Source: Octopus sinensis (Eukaryota). Taken from it: a stretch of 64,000 bases of DNA. Shown piece by piece: positions 1 to 13,916 of this stretch. Made by a program: the position numbers and the translations under genes. A model generated the notes under the pieces. The model saw only the letters and a list, made by a program, of their open reading frames with translations. It was not told where the DNA came from and did not search any database. The stretch's first letter is position 1. Each line of letters starts with the position of its first letter. The DNA is taken from assembly GCF_006345805.1 (NCBI RefSeq), contig NC_043009.1, positions 12,090,001 through 12,154,000 on the forward strand, read 5' to 3'.

Positions 1-74
1 TCTATCTGTCTATCTGTCTATCTGTCTGTCCGTCTGTCTAACGTACCAAAAGTTTGTAAAATGTCATTTTATCT

Positions 75-345
75 TTCACTTGTTGCAGTCAACAGACTAA
101 GGTCATGCTGGGGCACAGCCTTGAAGGGTTGACTTGACCAAATCGCGTCCAGTCTTTATTTTTCTAAGTCTGGTAGTTACTCTATTAGTAGCTTCCGCTA
201 GTTTCCATCTACCATATTTACTTAAAAAGGCATTGGTCGACCAGGGGGCTAAGGCACGTGCCAAAGGTGCCGTGCAGTGAGACTGAACCTGAAACCACGT
301 AGTTGCAAAGCAAGCTTCTTTACCACACAGCCAAGCCTGCGCCTG
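75..345 (-). mobile_element. SINE-A, decayed
   Basis: Homology to 1024-1455; another decayed copy at 490-760. Confidence 0.7.
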
Positions 346-1023
346 TACTTTTGCATAATTGGTAGATAGGCATTTGATATTCCTAAGGGGACCAGCCGAG
401 TCGCAATTAGTTGACAGGAAACCTACGGCAATCACGCTGCATACGGACATTTATGACTTTATGCATGGCAGAGAAACTTTGCATTGCTAAAATTTGCAAT
501 TAGATTCTTTTTTCCGAACTGCTAAGTTACGGGGACGTAAACAAACCAGTACCGGTTGTCAAGTGATGGTGGTGGTGGTGGTGGAAAAACTCAGTCACGT
601 ACACACACACGTGGGGCTTCTAACAAATCCACTCATAATGCTTTTGTTGGCCCGGATCTATAGCAGAAGACATTTTCCCAAGGTGTTGCCAATAGGATTG
701 AAACTGTAACCATGGGGTTGGGAAGCAAACTTCTTACCACAAAGTCACATCTGTACCTGTATCTTTATAGCTTACTTGTTAACTATTTAACCAATTAACT
801 AATCGATTGCTTGATTAATCAATCGTCTGATAAATTAATCAGTCCGCTACTTTCGTCAGAGCATTTCCGTCGCCATTCGTGACCTCATCAAATGACATGC
901 CCTCTTCATCCCAGGTCATTGTTTAGGTCAAGACTGGAGACGAAAGTACTCTGACGAATTAGTTAATAGGATAAAGGATTAACTAGTTGACTGTCAATAA
1001 AATCTTTGAAAAGAAGTGAAATA

Positions 1024-1455
1024 GGCGCAGGAGTGGCTGTGTGGTAAGTAGCTTTCTTACCAACCACATGGTTCCGGGGTCAGTCCCACTGCGTGGCATC
1101 TTGGGCAAGTGTCTTCTGCTATAGCCCCGGGCCGACCAATGCCTTGTGAGTGGATTTGGCAGACGGAAACTGAAAGAAGCCTGTCGTATATATGTATATA
1201 TATATATATGTATGTGTGTGTGTTTGTGTGTCTGTCTTTGTCTCCCTAGCATTGCTTGACAACCGATGCTGGTGTGTTTACGTCCCCGTCACTTAGCGGT
1301 TCTGCAAAAGAGACCGATAGAATAAGTACTGGGCTTACAAAAGAATAAGTCCCGGGTTCGATTTGCTCGACTAAAGGCGGTGCTCCAGCATGGCCGCAGT
1401 CAAATGACTGAAACAAGTAAAGAGTAAAGAGTAAAAGAGTAAAAGAGTAAAGAGT
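1024..1455 (+). mobile_element. SINE-A (GCAGGAGTGGCTGTGTGG head), full length
   Basis: tRNA-like A/B boxes, CORE-like ccttgggcaag, internal (TA)(TG) tract, (AAAGAGT)n tail; more than 15 copies in window. Confidence 0.9.
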
Positions 1456-1714
1456 ACAGGATTAGTGTGTAGGTTTATTGTTAGCATATTGACACACTCC
1501 AAATACCACAAAATCGCAAGCTATTATTAATTTTTTTATTATTGAAGGCGGTGAGCTGGAACAATCGTTAGCGCGCTTAACAGTATTTCGCCCGTCGCTA
1601 CGTTCTGAATTCAAATCCCGCCGAGGTCGACTTTGCCTTTTATCCTTTCAGGGTCGTTCCCCCCCAAATCGCAGCCATTATTATTATTTCGTTATTGCAT
1701 GAAAGTAAGAATTT

Positions 1715-2066
1715 ACTCTTTTACACTTTTATTTGTTTCAGTCATTTTGACTGCGGCCATGCTGGAGCTCCGCCTTTAGTCGAGCAAATCGACCCTAGGA
1801 CTTAGTCTTTGTAAGCCTAGTACTTATTCTGTCGGTCTCTTTTGCCAAACCACTAAGTTACGGGGACGTAAACACACCAGCATCGGTTGTCAAGCGATCT
1901 TGGGGCGACAAACACGGACACACAAACACACACATACATTTATAGATATATACGACGGGCTTATTTCAATTTCCGCCTACCAAATCCACTCAAGGCTTTG
2001 GTTGGCCCGAGGCTATAGAAGACACTTGCCCAAGGTGCCACGCAGTGGGACTGAACCCGGAACCAC
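1715..2066 (-). mobile_element. SINE-A
   Basis: Reverse-complement match to 1024-1455. Confidence 0.85.
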
Positions 2067-2130
2067 ACAACCAGTAAAATATATTATGTAAAATGTACTT
2101 AATATGTGCAAAAACTAAAAAAAAACAACT

Positions 2131-2454
2131 GGTACTCCGTCGTTTACCACGAGGACTCCAGTTGATCCGATCAACAGAACGGGTCGCTCATGAAATTAAC
2201 GTGTAAATAGCTGAGCACTCCACAGGCACATATACGTACCCTTAACATAGATTCTCAGGGAGATACAGCGTGACACAGAATGTGACAATGCTGCCACTTT
2301 GAAACAAAATATGGGTACAACTCATTTTTGCCAATTGATTAGACTGAAGCAACGTGAAATTAAATATCTTGGTCAACGACAAAACGCGCTGTCAGGTATC
2401 GAAATCACGACCTTACGATCGTAAACCAAATATCCTAAACCCTAGGCCATGCGT
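2131..2454 (-). mobile_element. SINE-D head + tail X
   Basis: Head/core matches 44505-44752; tail matches 32570-32745. Confidence 0.75.
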
Positions 2455-2719
2455 ATTCACATGCAATGGTGTACTATGCAGTACGTACGGTATTTCAAAA
2501 CAGTTCTTGTAGTACTGTGGGCTAGTCTATGACGGGCAATATCTTTGTCATATGGCCAGCTGTTAGAACAAAGCGACACACATCCCTTAACAGTAGCACA
2601 TTGTTTCCCGTACATGCAAGACATATGAGGTTTCGTTTCTCGTCGCTTTGGTTCATTGTTCGTTTTCACTTTCAATTCGTTGTGAAAAGCCCACGTTTTA
2701 AGTTTAAAAAGTGTGCGTG

Positions 2720-2782
2720 TGTGTGTATATATATATATATGTGTGTGTGTATATGCATGAGCATACGTACGTACGTACCTAC

Positions 2783-2835
<53 letters not shown>

Positions 2836-2935
2836 GTATATATATATATATATACACTCATATTTATATATATACATATATACTTGTACATATATACGTA
2901 TATCTCTCCCCCTCTCTGTCTCTTCTCTCTCTCTC

Positions 2936-2984
<49 letters not shown>

Positions 2985-3180
2985 ATATTCACACTCCCGC
3001 ACACCTACATACATACATATACATATCTATATGTATGTAAATATATATGTGTGTGTGTGTGTGTGTATATAAGCACACATACAAACACGCACCTGCTTGC
3101 ATGTAAGAGGCTAATTGTACGCACGGATAGCGTTTGTGTGTGTGCGAGCGTGTGCGTGTGCGTGTGTGCGTGTGTAAGTG
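2720..3180. repeat. Compound (TG)/(TA)/(TC)/(CA) microsatellite
   Basis: Direct inspection. Confidence 0.95.
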
Positions 3181-3402
3181 TGTGTGAATTCAAACAAAGA
3201 AAGCAGGAAAGCCACAAGTCAGACAACAAAGTATTCTCCAGCTCTCGCCCTCAATGGAGGAACGGAGAAAATAAACAGCCACAACCGCTTAATCACTGTC
3301 TCCTTTGCTCCCCCTTCCTCTTTCTCTTTCTCGCCTTCTTCCTCCCTTCCTTGACATACTTATTCAAGTATATACGATTACATAAACCTACACACGTACA
3401 TT

Positions 3403-3451
<49 letters not shown>

Positions 3452-3679
3452 GTGTGCATGTGTCAGTGAATGCGCACACACATACACTTACACGCATACA
3501 CTCACAAAACATGTTAACATATACAGGCGCGCACGTGCGTGTACACGTACGCGCATGCCTGAGCTTAGGCGCGGCTGTGTGGTTAGGAAATTACTTCACA
3601 GTTACGTTCGATTCTGTTGCTTAGCATTTTGGTCATGTGCTTTCAACCCATGGTCCCGGGTTGATCATTATGCATGAGT

Positions 3680-3915
3680 AAAGGCGGCGAGCTGGCAGAA
3701 ACGTTAGCACGCCGGGCGAAATGCGTAGCTGTATTTCGTCTGCCGTTACGTTCTGAGTTCAAATTCCGCCGAGGTCAACTTTGCCTTTTCTCCTTTCGGG
3801 GTCGATAAATTAAGTACCAGTAAAGCACTGGGGTCGATGTAATCGACTTAATCCGTTTGTCTGTCCTTGTTTGTCCCCTCTATGTTTAGCCCCTTGTGGG
3901 CAATAAAAAAATAAG
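3680..3915 (+). mobile_element. SINE-B (AAGGCGGCGAGCTGGCAG head), monomer
   Basis: tRNA-like head, gtcgactttgcctttcatcctttcggggtcgata core, ...ccccttgtggg.agtaaagaaatagg tail; ~20 copies; partials at 1545 and 3968. Confidence 0.9.
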
Positions 3916-4054
3916 AAATAAGAATTTCTTAGCACGGCGGGTAAAATTCTTAGTCTGTCTTAAACCAATGTTCTGAGTTCAAATTCCGCCGTGGTTGAAT
4001 TTACATTTCACCCTTTCGGAGCCGATAAAATAGTACCAGTTGACGTAATCGACT

Positions 4055-4099
<45 letters not shown>

Positions 4100-4185
4100 T
4101 ATCTCTCTCGAACTTACTGGCCTTGTGTCAAAATTTGAAACCAGCGTATGAGTACGAATATGTGCGTAGGAGTGTGTGCGAGAGA

Positions 4186-4226
<41 letters not shown>

Positions 4227-4497
4227 TGGAGGGAGAGAGTGACAATTTATGCTGTTAATGTTCCGCTTCAGTTGTTGCAAGTCAACACCTGTTGAAAATA
4301 TCTTAGCAGGGAAAAGGGGCGGGTCGTTGTTCTGTGAAAGAAAAACTAAGTGGAGTGTTTAGTTAAGAGGTATAGTTCGGCGTCGATGACACAACATAAG
4401 TAATGAGAGGAGGGGAGAAGAGTGGTGAGGCAGTACCTGTTAGGGAGGTGACACGAGTCGAACCGATTCTGAAGAACAGAATAGATCGAATAGATTG

Positions 4498-4870
4498 AAG
4501 GCGGCGAGCTGGCAGAATCGTTAGAACGCCGGGCGAAATGCTTAGCAGTGTTTCGTCTGCCGCTACGTTCTGAGTTCTAATTCTGCCGAGGTCGAATTTG
4601 GCTTTCATCCTTTCGGGGTCGATTAATTAAGTACCAGTTAAGCACTGGGGTCGATGTAATCGACTTAATCCTAGTAAAGAAATAGGTATTTCGTCTGCCG
4701 CTACGTTCTGAGTTCAAATTCTGCCGAGGTCGACTTTGCCTTTTATCCTTTCGGGGTCGATAAATTGAGTGCCAGTTACGCACTGGGGTTGATGTAATCG
4801 ACTTAATCCTTTAGTCTGTCCTTGTTTGTCTCCTCTACGTCTAGCTCCTTATGGGCAATAAAGAAATAAG
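4498..4870 (+). mobile_element. SINE-B head + 2 bodies
   Basis: Junction gaaataGGTATttcgtctgccg at ~4680. Confidence 0.85.
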
Positions 4871-5079
4871 AATAGATCTAATACTCATTTTAAAATCTGA
4901 TACTCAGTCTATCAGGTTCTTATTACCGAGTTATTTAGCAACGGGGTCGTAAACAAACCAACACCGGTTGTCAAGCGTTGGTGCTACGTTTTCTGACCGC
5001 ATGTATTTCGTTTTTATGTGATTCAACTTATTACCTACCGCTGAGTAATGGGTATCCAACACAGTCACCATGGTCTACA

Positions 5080-5268
5080 GCTGATCTGTTATTTCAGAAA
5101 TGTGAAAATTCTTCTGTGAATCGGAGCTATTACAATAGCTCGCCGTTGATGTTCACACTAACGGTCCAGCCAACGTCTCTGATGACCATTTTTAAACATG
5201 AGGTGAAGAGCTTTGGAGAGATGACCTCTCCTTGTTTGACGCTCATCTCAGTTGGAACTCTTATATAT
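5080..5268 (-). mobile_element. RTE-clade RT fragment splitting a SINE-A copy
   Basis: SVKQGEVISPKLFTSCLKMVIRDVGW..VNINGELL.LRF. Confidence 0.7.
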
Positions 5269-5699
5269 ATGACCGGCTTTTTCACATTTCCCGCCTACCA
5301 AATTCACTCATAAAGCTTAGAAGACATTTGCCTTATGTGCCGCACTGTGTGACTGAACCTGAATCCACGTGGTTCCAAAGCGAGTTTCTTAAGCACACCT
5401 TGACCATGCTTGGTCACGTGAAATCACGTGAATCAATCGAGTCTCCATTCTTTGGATGGGGTTCAGGACGTCTCAACGTGTGTAGCAGCAGCAACGTCCC
5501 AGATGTGAGGGCAATATTCTTCTGAGAATTTCATCTGAGCTTTGCTGGTTGTCAACAAGTGTTAGAGGCTGAAGTAACTTCTGGGCCTTAAAAGAGGTGT
5601 CAGTCTTTAGGATGTGGTCCTACATGTTAAGTAAGTGTTTTCGTCAGGAAAATCCTTGATAATCATGATACCTAATACCGGCTTCAAATTCTGGCACAA

Positions 5700-6015
5700 T
5701 TCTCTTTTGCCAAACCACTAAGTTACGGGGACGTAAACACATCAGCATCGGTTGTCAAGCGATGTTGTGGTGATAAACACAGACACACAAACTTATACAC
5801 TCACACACACACATATATATACATATATATACGACGGGCTTCTTTCAGTTTCCGTCTCTCAAATCCACTCACAAGGCTTTGATCAGTCCGAGGCTATAGC
5901 ACTTGCCCAAGGTGCCACGCAGTGGGACTGAACCCTGAACCATGTGGTTGGTAAACAAGCTACTTACCACACAGCTACTCCTGTGCCTATACTTACCACG
6001 CAGCCACTCCTACGC
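5700..6015 (-). mobile_element. SINE-A
   Basis: Reverse-complement match; head end locally duplicated. Confidence 0.85.
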
Positions 6016-6059
6016 CCGGGATGTACATATACTTTCTTTTTTGTCTAATCACTATTTTA

Positions 6060-6580
6060 TTTTATAGTATTTTTGTCTGCTCTCCCATTACCTCTTACTG
6101 TAACTCTTACCTCCCTCTTTCTCTTCTTTCGCCCCCCCTGTCTTTGTCTCTTTGCCTCTCTCTACCTCTATCTCTCTCTTAAAAAATCTATTTATGTTTC
6201 TCATTCTATTACCTCCCCCTGCACCCTCTTTACAGCTGTCTCTCTTACTCTCATTTTTAGCCATTCACTTTGTCTGCCCGCCATTTTTCACTCTCCGACA
6301 CTATCTCTCTTCTGTTCTTCTTTCTCCGTAACACACACACACGCACACACAAACCCACACATATACGCACACAAATCCACCCTTTCTCTCTTTCCCTCCT
6401 TCACTTTTCTCTAACATCTTTCTCCATTCCTCCACAACACCTACCGGTGCAAACTTATAACAAACACTCCCTCAAACGCGCATACTCAAATATTTACATA
6501 TACAACCTCTCCTTCTCTCTCTCTCTCTCCCTCCCTCGCACTCCCTTTCCCTCTTTCTCTTCCTCTCTCTCTCTCATTCA
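6060..6580. repeat. Pyrimidine-rich low-complexity tract
   Basis: CT-rich + strand. Confidence 0.85.
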
Positions 6581-6865
6581 CACGCACAGACACGCGCGCA
6601 CACGCACTTCTTTGGCAGGTTTTTCTTTGTCCTCCAACTCGCCGTTCAGTCAAGCAATCAAACACTTTCCTCGACGTACCCGGATATTGAGGACTGCTAC
6701 CCTCACATGACATTGCTCAAGATCATTTCCTTCTCACTAAACAATGTAGAATTGTTGCTGTTGCTTTAATTCGGATCCCTCCCCCACCAACTGAGTAGAA
6801 CTATGATCAAAGTGGTGAAGAAGATCATTTTTCAACCTCGTGATTTCGAATTCCGTCTTACCGCG

Positions 6866-7305
6866 GGACCTTTTCGGTTTGAACGGCAGTTTTTTTCCAG
6901 CGGTATCATATGAAATTGTCAAACATAATTATGACCCTAGTTTCGATCTATTGCATTTCAATCTATTTTAGGGTTAGGGTTAGTTAGGATTAGTTAGGGT
7001 TAGGGGTAGGGGGAAGGGTATCTTTTTTTCTTCACAAATGTAAATAAACCCAATCTGTTTCTTAAACGAGGGACATATTCATACGGCACAGAATGTTTTT
7101 TACCTCAATACACCTCACTGATTGATTGAAATTGCAGAAATTGAAGAAAAAAAAACAACAAATATCTTACAAACTATATAATTTTCTCAATAAAACCAAG
7201 AGAGAAAGATGTTTTATAAACACATTCTACCAGTATACGAAGTTTAAAAGTGTTTAGTTATCTAGAAATTATGTTAAAAAACTGCCGTTCAAACCGAAAA
7301 GATCC
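6866..7305. mobile_element. MITE with ~30-bp GGA(C/T)C-initiated TIRs and an internal TTAGGG-like tract
   Basis: ggaccttttcggtttgaacggcagtttttt / aaaaaactgccgttcaaaccgaaaagatcc; subterminal sequence shared with 50784-51082; no TSD seen. Confidence 0.75.
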
Positions 7306-7319
7306 GGCAAGTGTTTTCT

Positions 7320-7615
7320 ACAATAGGCCTAGACTGACCAATGCATTGAGAGTTAATCTGGTAGACGGAAACTGTGTGGAGGCCCATCGTATACACACAC
7401 ACACACGTTTGTCTCTAAACCCCACTGCTTGACAGCCGGTGCTAGTTTATTTACGTGCCCACAACTTAACCACTTAGGCAAAAGAGGACGATTGAATAAG
7501 TGTCATAGGAAAAAATAACGACTGGGGTTGAATTGATCAACTAAACCCTTCAAGGCGGCACTCCTTCATGGCCGCTGTCCAATAACGGAAACAAGAAACA
7601 GACAAAAAATAAAAG
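7320..7615 (+). mobile_element. SINE-A, old
   Basis: Diverged match to body and tail. Confidence 0.7.
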
Positions 7616-8469
7616 ATCTCGTCTTATAGGGGTACTTATGACTGCATTATGTAATGTCTTCTTACTTTTAAGACAGTTTAGTGTTATCAAGGAATTTGGC
7701 TGCTTTACCTGGCAGATCAAGTAGCAACATAAAGTTGACTTCTGGGTGAATTCAGTAGAAGTTTACAATGGTGTACTTCAGAAATCCCCACAACCTCTTA
7801 TGCGGTGATGCAGAAAAACTCTAGGAAGTTAACAATGCTCCACATTAGGAAATTGTAATTAGAAAATGTTCCCAAGTTGTGATCATTCTTAGTTATGTTA
7901 ACTGTTATGCTGAGGTGGTGTAATAAGAGTGAAACATTTTCTCTACTTCGACAATCAGCTTTAAAGATTACACGCACTTTTGGGTAAATAGACATCCACA
8001 AATAAATTTAGTTCATTACCCACCACCATTAATTAATGGTGGTTGGTAATTGACTAAATTTATCTCAAACAGTAACAAGGCAATGTTGTCTAAACAAAAA
8101 TAAGCGGGCTGACTGAGTCGTTAAAACATCGAACAAAATACATTTTTTCCGGTTTCTTCCGTCCGTGTCCAAATTCTGTCGAAGTCAACTTTGTATCTCA
8201 GCCTTTCAGGGGTCGAGATAAAAGGTCGAGGCCCAGAAGAAGTCATGCGTAATACCCTTTTTCACTAACGGAACTATATATATTGGGGAGGGGGTCATGG
8301 TCAATCCCGTAACCGCTATTTTTTTTGAAAGACTATGACGTAGTCATGGGCAGGTATAAGAGTAAAACAAAATTAACATTGAAACTTTAAAAAAAATAGC
8401 TGACCAATTAGGTTACGGGACTGACCGTGACCCCCACTCCCCACTACATACAGGGATTCATGTATCTCT

Positions 8470-9043
<574 letters not shown>

Positions 9044-9589
9044 AATGATGACTGCACACGAACTTGTACATGATGAACAAAATGAATAACAACAATAATA
9101 ACGTAATATAAATAAAATGTCAAATGCCTTAGTGCTTTTTAGCCCACCCTGTAATTAAACTCTGGGATATGCTGATACGCATACAGATAGGGAGATCAAG
9201 GCTAATAAACCTGATAGTAATTGTTAAGGACCACCTGGAAAAAGAAGTGCCTCCCAACACACTTATCAGTCTCAACAGATAAAGGTGTATCTGTAAAACG
9301 AACTGGGAAACAGAGTTAACCTCAATGTAGGTTCTGAGAGGAAGAAATAATCCATGTAATAAATATGTGTTTCGAAAATAATAAAAGAAGCAGAGCCCAA
9401 AATGCGGAACTAACAAAAATGCATAATCTACAGAAAATTATGGCACTGCTATGCACTGAACACATTTTGCGCGGAGGCACTTTGAACTTTGAAGGAATAA
9501 TAATACCAAACAAACCACAGCACATATCCAAGGCACACAGAACTGAGCTCAGTGGTGCAGTGAAAGCGCGGAATATAAACATGATTAGA

Positions 9590-9609
9590 TAATAATAATA
9601 ATAATAATG

Positions 9610-9653
<44 letters not shown>

Positions 9654-9826
9654 AAGAAGAAGAAGAAGAAGGAGGAGGAGGAGGAGGAGGAGGAGAAGAA
9701 GAAGAAGAGGAAGAAGAAGAAGGAGAAGAAGAAGAAGAAGAAGAAGAAGAAGAAGAACAATAATAATAATGATAATGGTGATGATGATAATAATAATAAT
9801 AATAACAACAGCAACAATGATGATGA

Positions 9827-9858
<32 letters not shown>

Positions 9859-9950
9859 ATAGTAATAATAACAACAACAACAACAACAACAACAACAATA
9901 ATAATAATAATAATAATACTAAGAAGAAGAAGAAGATGAAGAAGAAGGAA
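9590..9950. repeat. Compound trinucleotide array (AAT)(AGA/GGA)(GAT)(GGT)(AAC)
   Basis: Direct inspection. Confidence 0.95.
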
Positions 9951-10162
9951 AAACGTTATCATCAGTGATAAGAAAGCATAAATATAATTGAATGTAGCAG
10001 AATTTTAAATTTGTTGCTTGACAAAAAGGAAAGACATTTTAAACAAAAAAAGTACTTTACACACAAAAGCTGGAAGTAATCATATAGCGTTTTATTGCCT
10101 TAAAAGTGAGTGAGTTTTATATTAATTTGATGTGTTTATGTATTTATTTTACATAATTATTT

Positions 10163-10505
10163 TTGAAAATTAGTGATCTTCCATTGACGAAAATGTGTTT
10201 AAATATGGTAAAGATTTGAATATGGCAGGAAAACGCAATAAAAAACAGTGAAACAGCAAAGTATTCACTGGTGTATCTAAATTAATTGCAAAACAATTTA
10301 TTGCTTTCTGGGGTTTTGCACTATTTGAAATTATGTTTGAAAATTAGTGATCTTCCATTGACGAAAAAGTGTTTAAATATGGTAAAGATTTGAATATGGC
10401 AGGAAAACGAAATAAAAAGCAGTGAAACAGCACAGTATTTACAGATGTATCTAGATTAATTGCAAAGCTAATTATTGCTTTCTGGGGCTTTGCCTTATTT
10501 GAAAT
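10163..10505. repeat. Two-copy tandem duplication, 174-bp period
   Basis: gaaaattagtgatcttccattgacg at 10165 and 10339. Confidence 0.9.
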
Positions 10506-10659
10506 GTAACAAGAGTTTACCTATTAAATCAACAACGCTTTAGTTTGTAGCATATCTACTATTTACAATGCGCTACAGCATTATTGATCTAATTCCTTTT
10601 AATTTCATCAAGAATAATTGAAACATGTTTCGTTCTATGTCTCAGCTGGAGATTATATT

Positions 10660-11010
10660 CTAAGTTGTCTTATTTCAGTCAATGGAGCGCTGCCTTGCTG
10701 GAGCACCACTTTCAGGGGACTTTAGTCGAAAAGATCAACCCCTTTAATTACCTTTTAAGTTTGGTACGTATTGCATTGGTTTTTTTTTTTACTGTACCAC
10801 TAAGTTACAAACCAACTTCGATTGTCAAAGACAAACACACAGTCACATGCGCGCGCACGTATACATAAGACAAGCTTTTTTTTCAGTTTCCGTCGGCCAG
10901 ATCTGCTCACATGGTTTTGGTGTCCGAGGCTGAAGAAGACGCTTGGCCAAAGTGTTCCGCAGTGAGACTGAACTCAAGACCACATGGTCGGCGTCGAAGA
11001 AACAAGCTTT
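10660..11010 (-). mobile_element. SINE-A, old
   Basis: Diverged reverse-complement match. Confidence 0.7.
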
Positions 11011-11119
11011 TTACCCCCAGAGTCCCGCCTGTGCAAAGATTATAAAATTGTACGACCCTACACCCATCGATTGTAATATCACTTGTACAAAATAAGCTCC
11101 GTAATATCACTTGTGCATG

Positions 11120-11215
11120 TCAATCCAGTTCATAGCAATTATGAAAAATAGAGGTAACAATACGCACCCCTGCTGAAGTCCAACACCTACATCGAAAAGT
11201 TACGAATTTACACAA
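11120..11215 (-). mobile_element. RTE-type RT fragment
   Basis: DVGVGLQQGCVLLPLFFIIAMNWID. Confidence 0.55.
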
Positions 11216-12523
11216 TTCATGCCCCAGTGAACCGCACGCGATAAAGGAAAAACTTATTTCCAAGCCAAGTTTTGTAAGTCTCCTTCTTTCTGGCTTTCTT
11301 GACTGAAGACGGAGGCCGGTAATGTAAACATTTATGGTTGTGGGTAATGTTTATGTTTAATTGCAGTTGCATATCCTTGATATTTTGCACACCTCCACCT
11401 GTCAACTTAACAATTATTACGTAATTTCAAGCCCCCAGAAACAGCTGTCGGACCTGAAATACCATGCCTTCTCTCCTTATTTTCCATTATTTTTTGTACT
11501 CTATACAATTCTGTTCTGTAAATGTATAATTATCTATATTCTTACATATGAATGTTCATCTTCCGAATATTATCAGCTTTTGTTTCTCTCTCTCTCTCGT
11601 TTCTGCTTATAGTATCATACTTAAACTCTGGATGGCCCGCATCATTGATAGAGAATAACTATGTGGTTCCAATGGAATCGTACATCCATACAAGTAATAT
11701 TCTAATAGTATTTTTCATTCATATTTCCTTTAATAAATATCTTTGTTGCTTGTTGTGGTCGTCTCTGCTCAGGCTGACTTATGACCTAGGGCATTCTAGC
11801 CGTGACTATCCCGTCATTTTAAGAGTATTTCTAGCTACATTAACTAATGTTTCCTCTTCTTAAGACGTAGGGTGTGTGCTTCCTCGTTGGTACATCTTTA
11901 TCAAATTTTTTTTCATTGAGTTTCAGAAATTATTTTCATATTTCAACATGCTTATTGCGTTGTTAAGTAGGTAAGAGACCCCTCTCGAGGTTTTACTCTC
12001 TGAGTGTGTGATATAAACAATTATAAATTCATTAAAATTTTAAACACTTCAGTAACGTCCTTGAAAATGACCACTTTACGCACTTAAAAGTTCAAGATTC
12101 GCTACCTTTGGTAAGTTCACTTTTGTTTTCTCTCCACTGGCTCTAAGAGTCATTTGTATCACTTTCAGAAATATATCTATGAATGTATATGTGCCAACTA
12201 TAGAATAAGCATTAGTTCTTGGTGCTATTCGTGTAGAATCTGTTGTTCCAGTTTGATATCTGGAACACGCAAGCACATACATGCACACACAAACAGGTGA
12301 TGCAAACAGGCAAAATAGAACTCAAAATATGAGTATATGTACATTTTAATCAATTTTTAGCAGAAGCAACAGAGTGACTCAAGGGCCGATAGTTGCGTTA
12401 GCACTTATCAAATTTATATACAATGTATGTGTATATATGTATACATACACGAATATATCCCCACAAATCTAGTGATTGAAATCCCAATAACTACTGAACT
12501 ACAAGTATATATATATATATAAA

Positions 12524-12571
<48 letters not shown>

Positions 12572-12575
12572 TATA

Positions 12576-12610
<35 letters not shown>

Positions 12611-12958
12611 AGAAGAAAATGGAAGGGATACAGAAATAGTATACATCAACTGTTAGACATTATATTATGTCTATTTATTTATTCTAAAACATTTATGAGA
12701 ATAACTACATATGTAAAGACTGCGTATTACATACATACGTACCAGTAATTCATAGAATAAAGAACAGTTTCTTACGGCCGTTTCTGCCAAGAGGTCGCAA
12801 TACCCCACATGTTATTTCCATCTCTTCAGTGTTCTATAGGGATCGGTAGATAAAATTAGGGTATTGGGTGTGCCTCTAGGCTTCATTAGAGAGTTTAAAA
12901 GGAGGACTAAAAAAGTTCAGGGGACTAATACATGTATATATAGATATACATATACACA

Positions 12959-13004
<46 letters not shown>

Positions 13005-13199
13005 CATACACGTATATATAAGAATCAGTTACCAGTAGCTACAGTTTATTATTCCTATTGAAGAGTGTATAAGAGTTTGAGAGGAGTACAACTTTGTAGA
13101 AATGAAAAGGTATACGAAAGGATATATATATATGTGCGTGAGTGTGTGTGTGTGTGTGGTGTGTGTGTGTGTATGTGTGTGTGTGTGAAATACAAATTG

Positions 13200-13625
13200 G
13201 GACAAGAACGTAAAACATCAGACAGTTAGGTGATACAAAACAGGGACAACAAAACATCCAGATAGATGATACGAAGAAAACAAGGACGGGTCACTCGGAG
13301 TTTTCTTTCCTCAGTCGAGTTCCAAATTATCTTTGCAATTTCGGCTGGTTATACTCGAGATTGCTCCAATCTGGCCAGTCCGAAGGAAAAACTAAGCTAA
13401 GAGCATTAGACTCCTTGGCTGAAAACAGTGAATGTATACAAAAAGAAGGACGAAAACAAAAGCGGACAATGTTACAAAAATACAATAAAAATAATAACAG
13501 GACATAACAACAGTATCTTTCGACTAAGGACGAATTAAATTAAGCTGGCGTGTGTGGAAATGAAGCCTAACGATAGAGATACAAGATTTCACAGAGAGAG
13601 GGAGGAATATCGATGCTGCACGGAC
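13200..13625 (-). mobile_element. Dispersed repeat, possibly a Penelope terminal region; 3' part recurs at 45215-45385
   Basis: Shared block acataacaacag.(a/g)tctttcgactaaggac.aattaaattaagctggcgtg...gcacggac; degenerate hammerhead-like pieces. Confidence 0.4.
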
Positions 13626-13878
13626 AACGGTCAGACCAAGAAAGAAAGATCAGGCTTGGCTGAATTCCGGTCACGTGGGAAGAGAAGAGAGAAAGAGGCA
13701 GAGGGACAGAAGAATTAAGGAGGAGCGAGAACAAATGACAGGGGCACAGTGAAGTGAAAAGTGGAGGGAAAGTAAGCAAGAAGAGAAGGCAAAGAAATGT
13801 GTGAGAGGGGGAACCAAAGAACGAAGAGTGGAATGAACGAATAAGCGCGAAAGCGCTGATACATTCATACATACATAT

Positions 13879-13916
<38 letters not shown>

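Noticed and set aside
2457-3677. 382-aa and overlapping ORFs
   Set aside because: Translations of TA/TG/TC microsatellites (YIYI, CVCV)
6967-7018. TTAGGG run as a telomere
   Set aside because: Short, degenerate and internal to a MITE
9449-9962. Poly-I/R/L/M ORFs
   Set aside because: Compound trinucleotide repeat; no splice or coding context
11304-11325. CTGAAGA-CGG-agg-CCG-GTAA
   Set aside because: GTAA instead of GAAA and no stems I/III
13285-13390. Minus-strand hammerhead-like pieces (CTGAGGA..., CCAGCCGAAA)
   Set aside because: Core halves cannot be assembled into one valid fold
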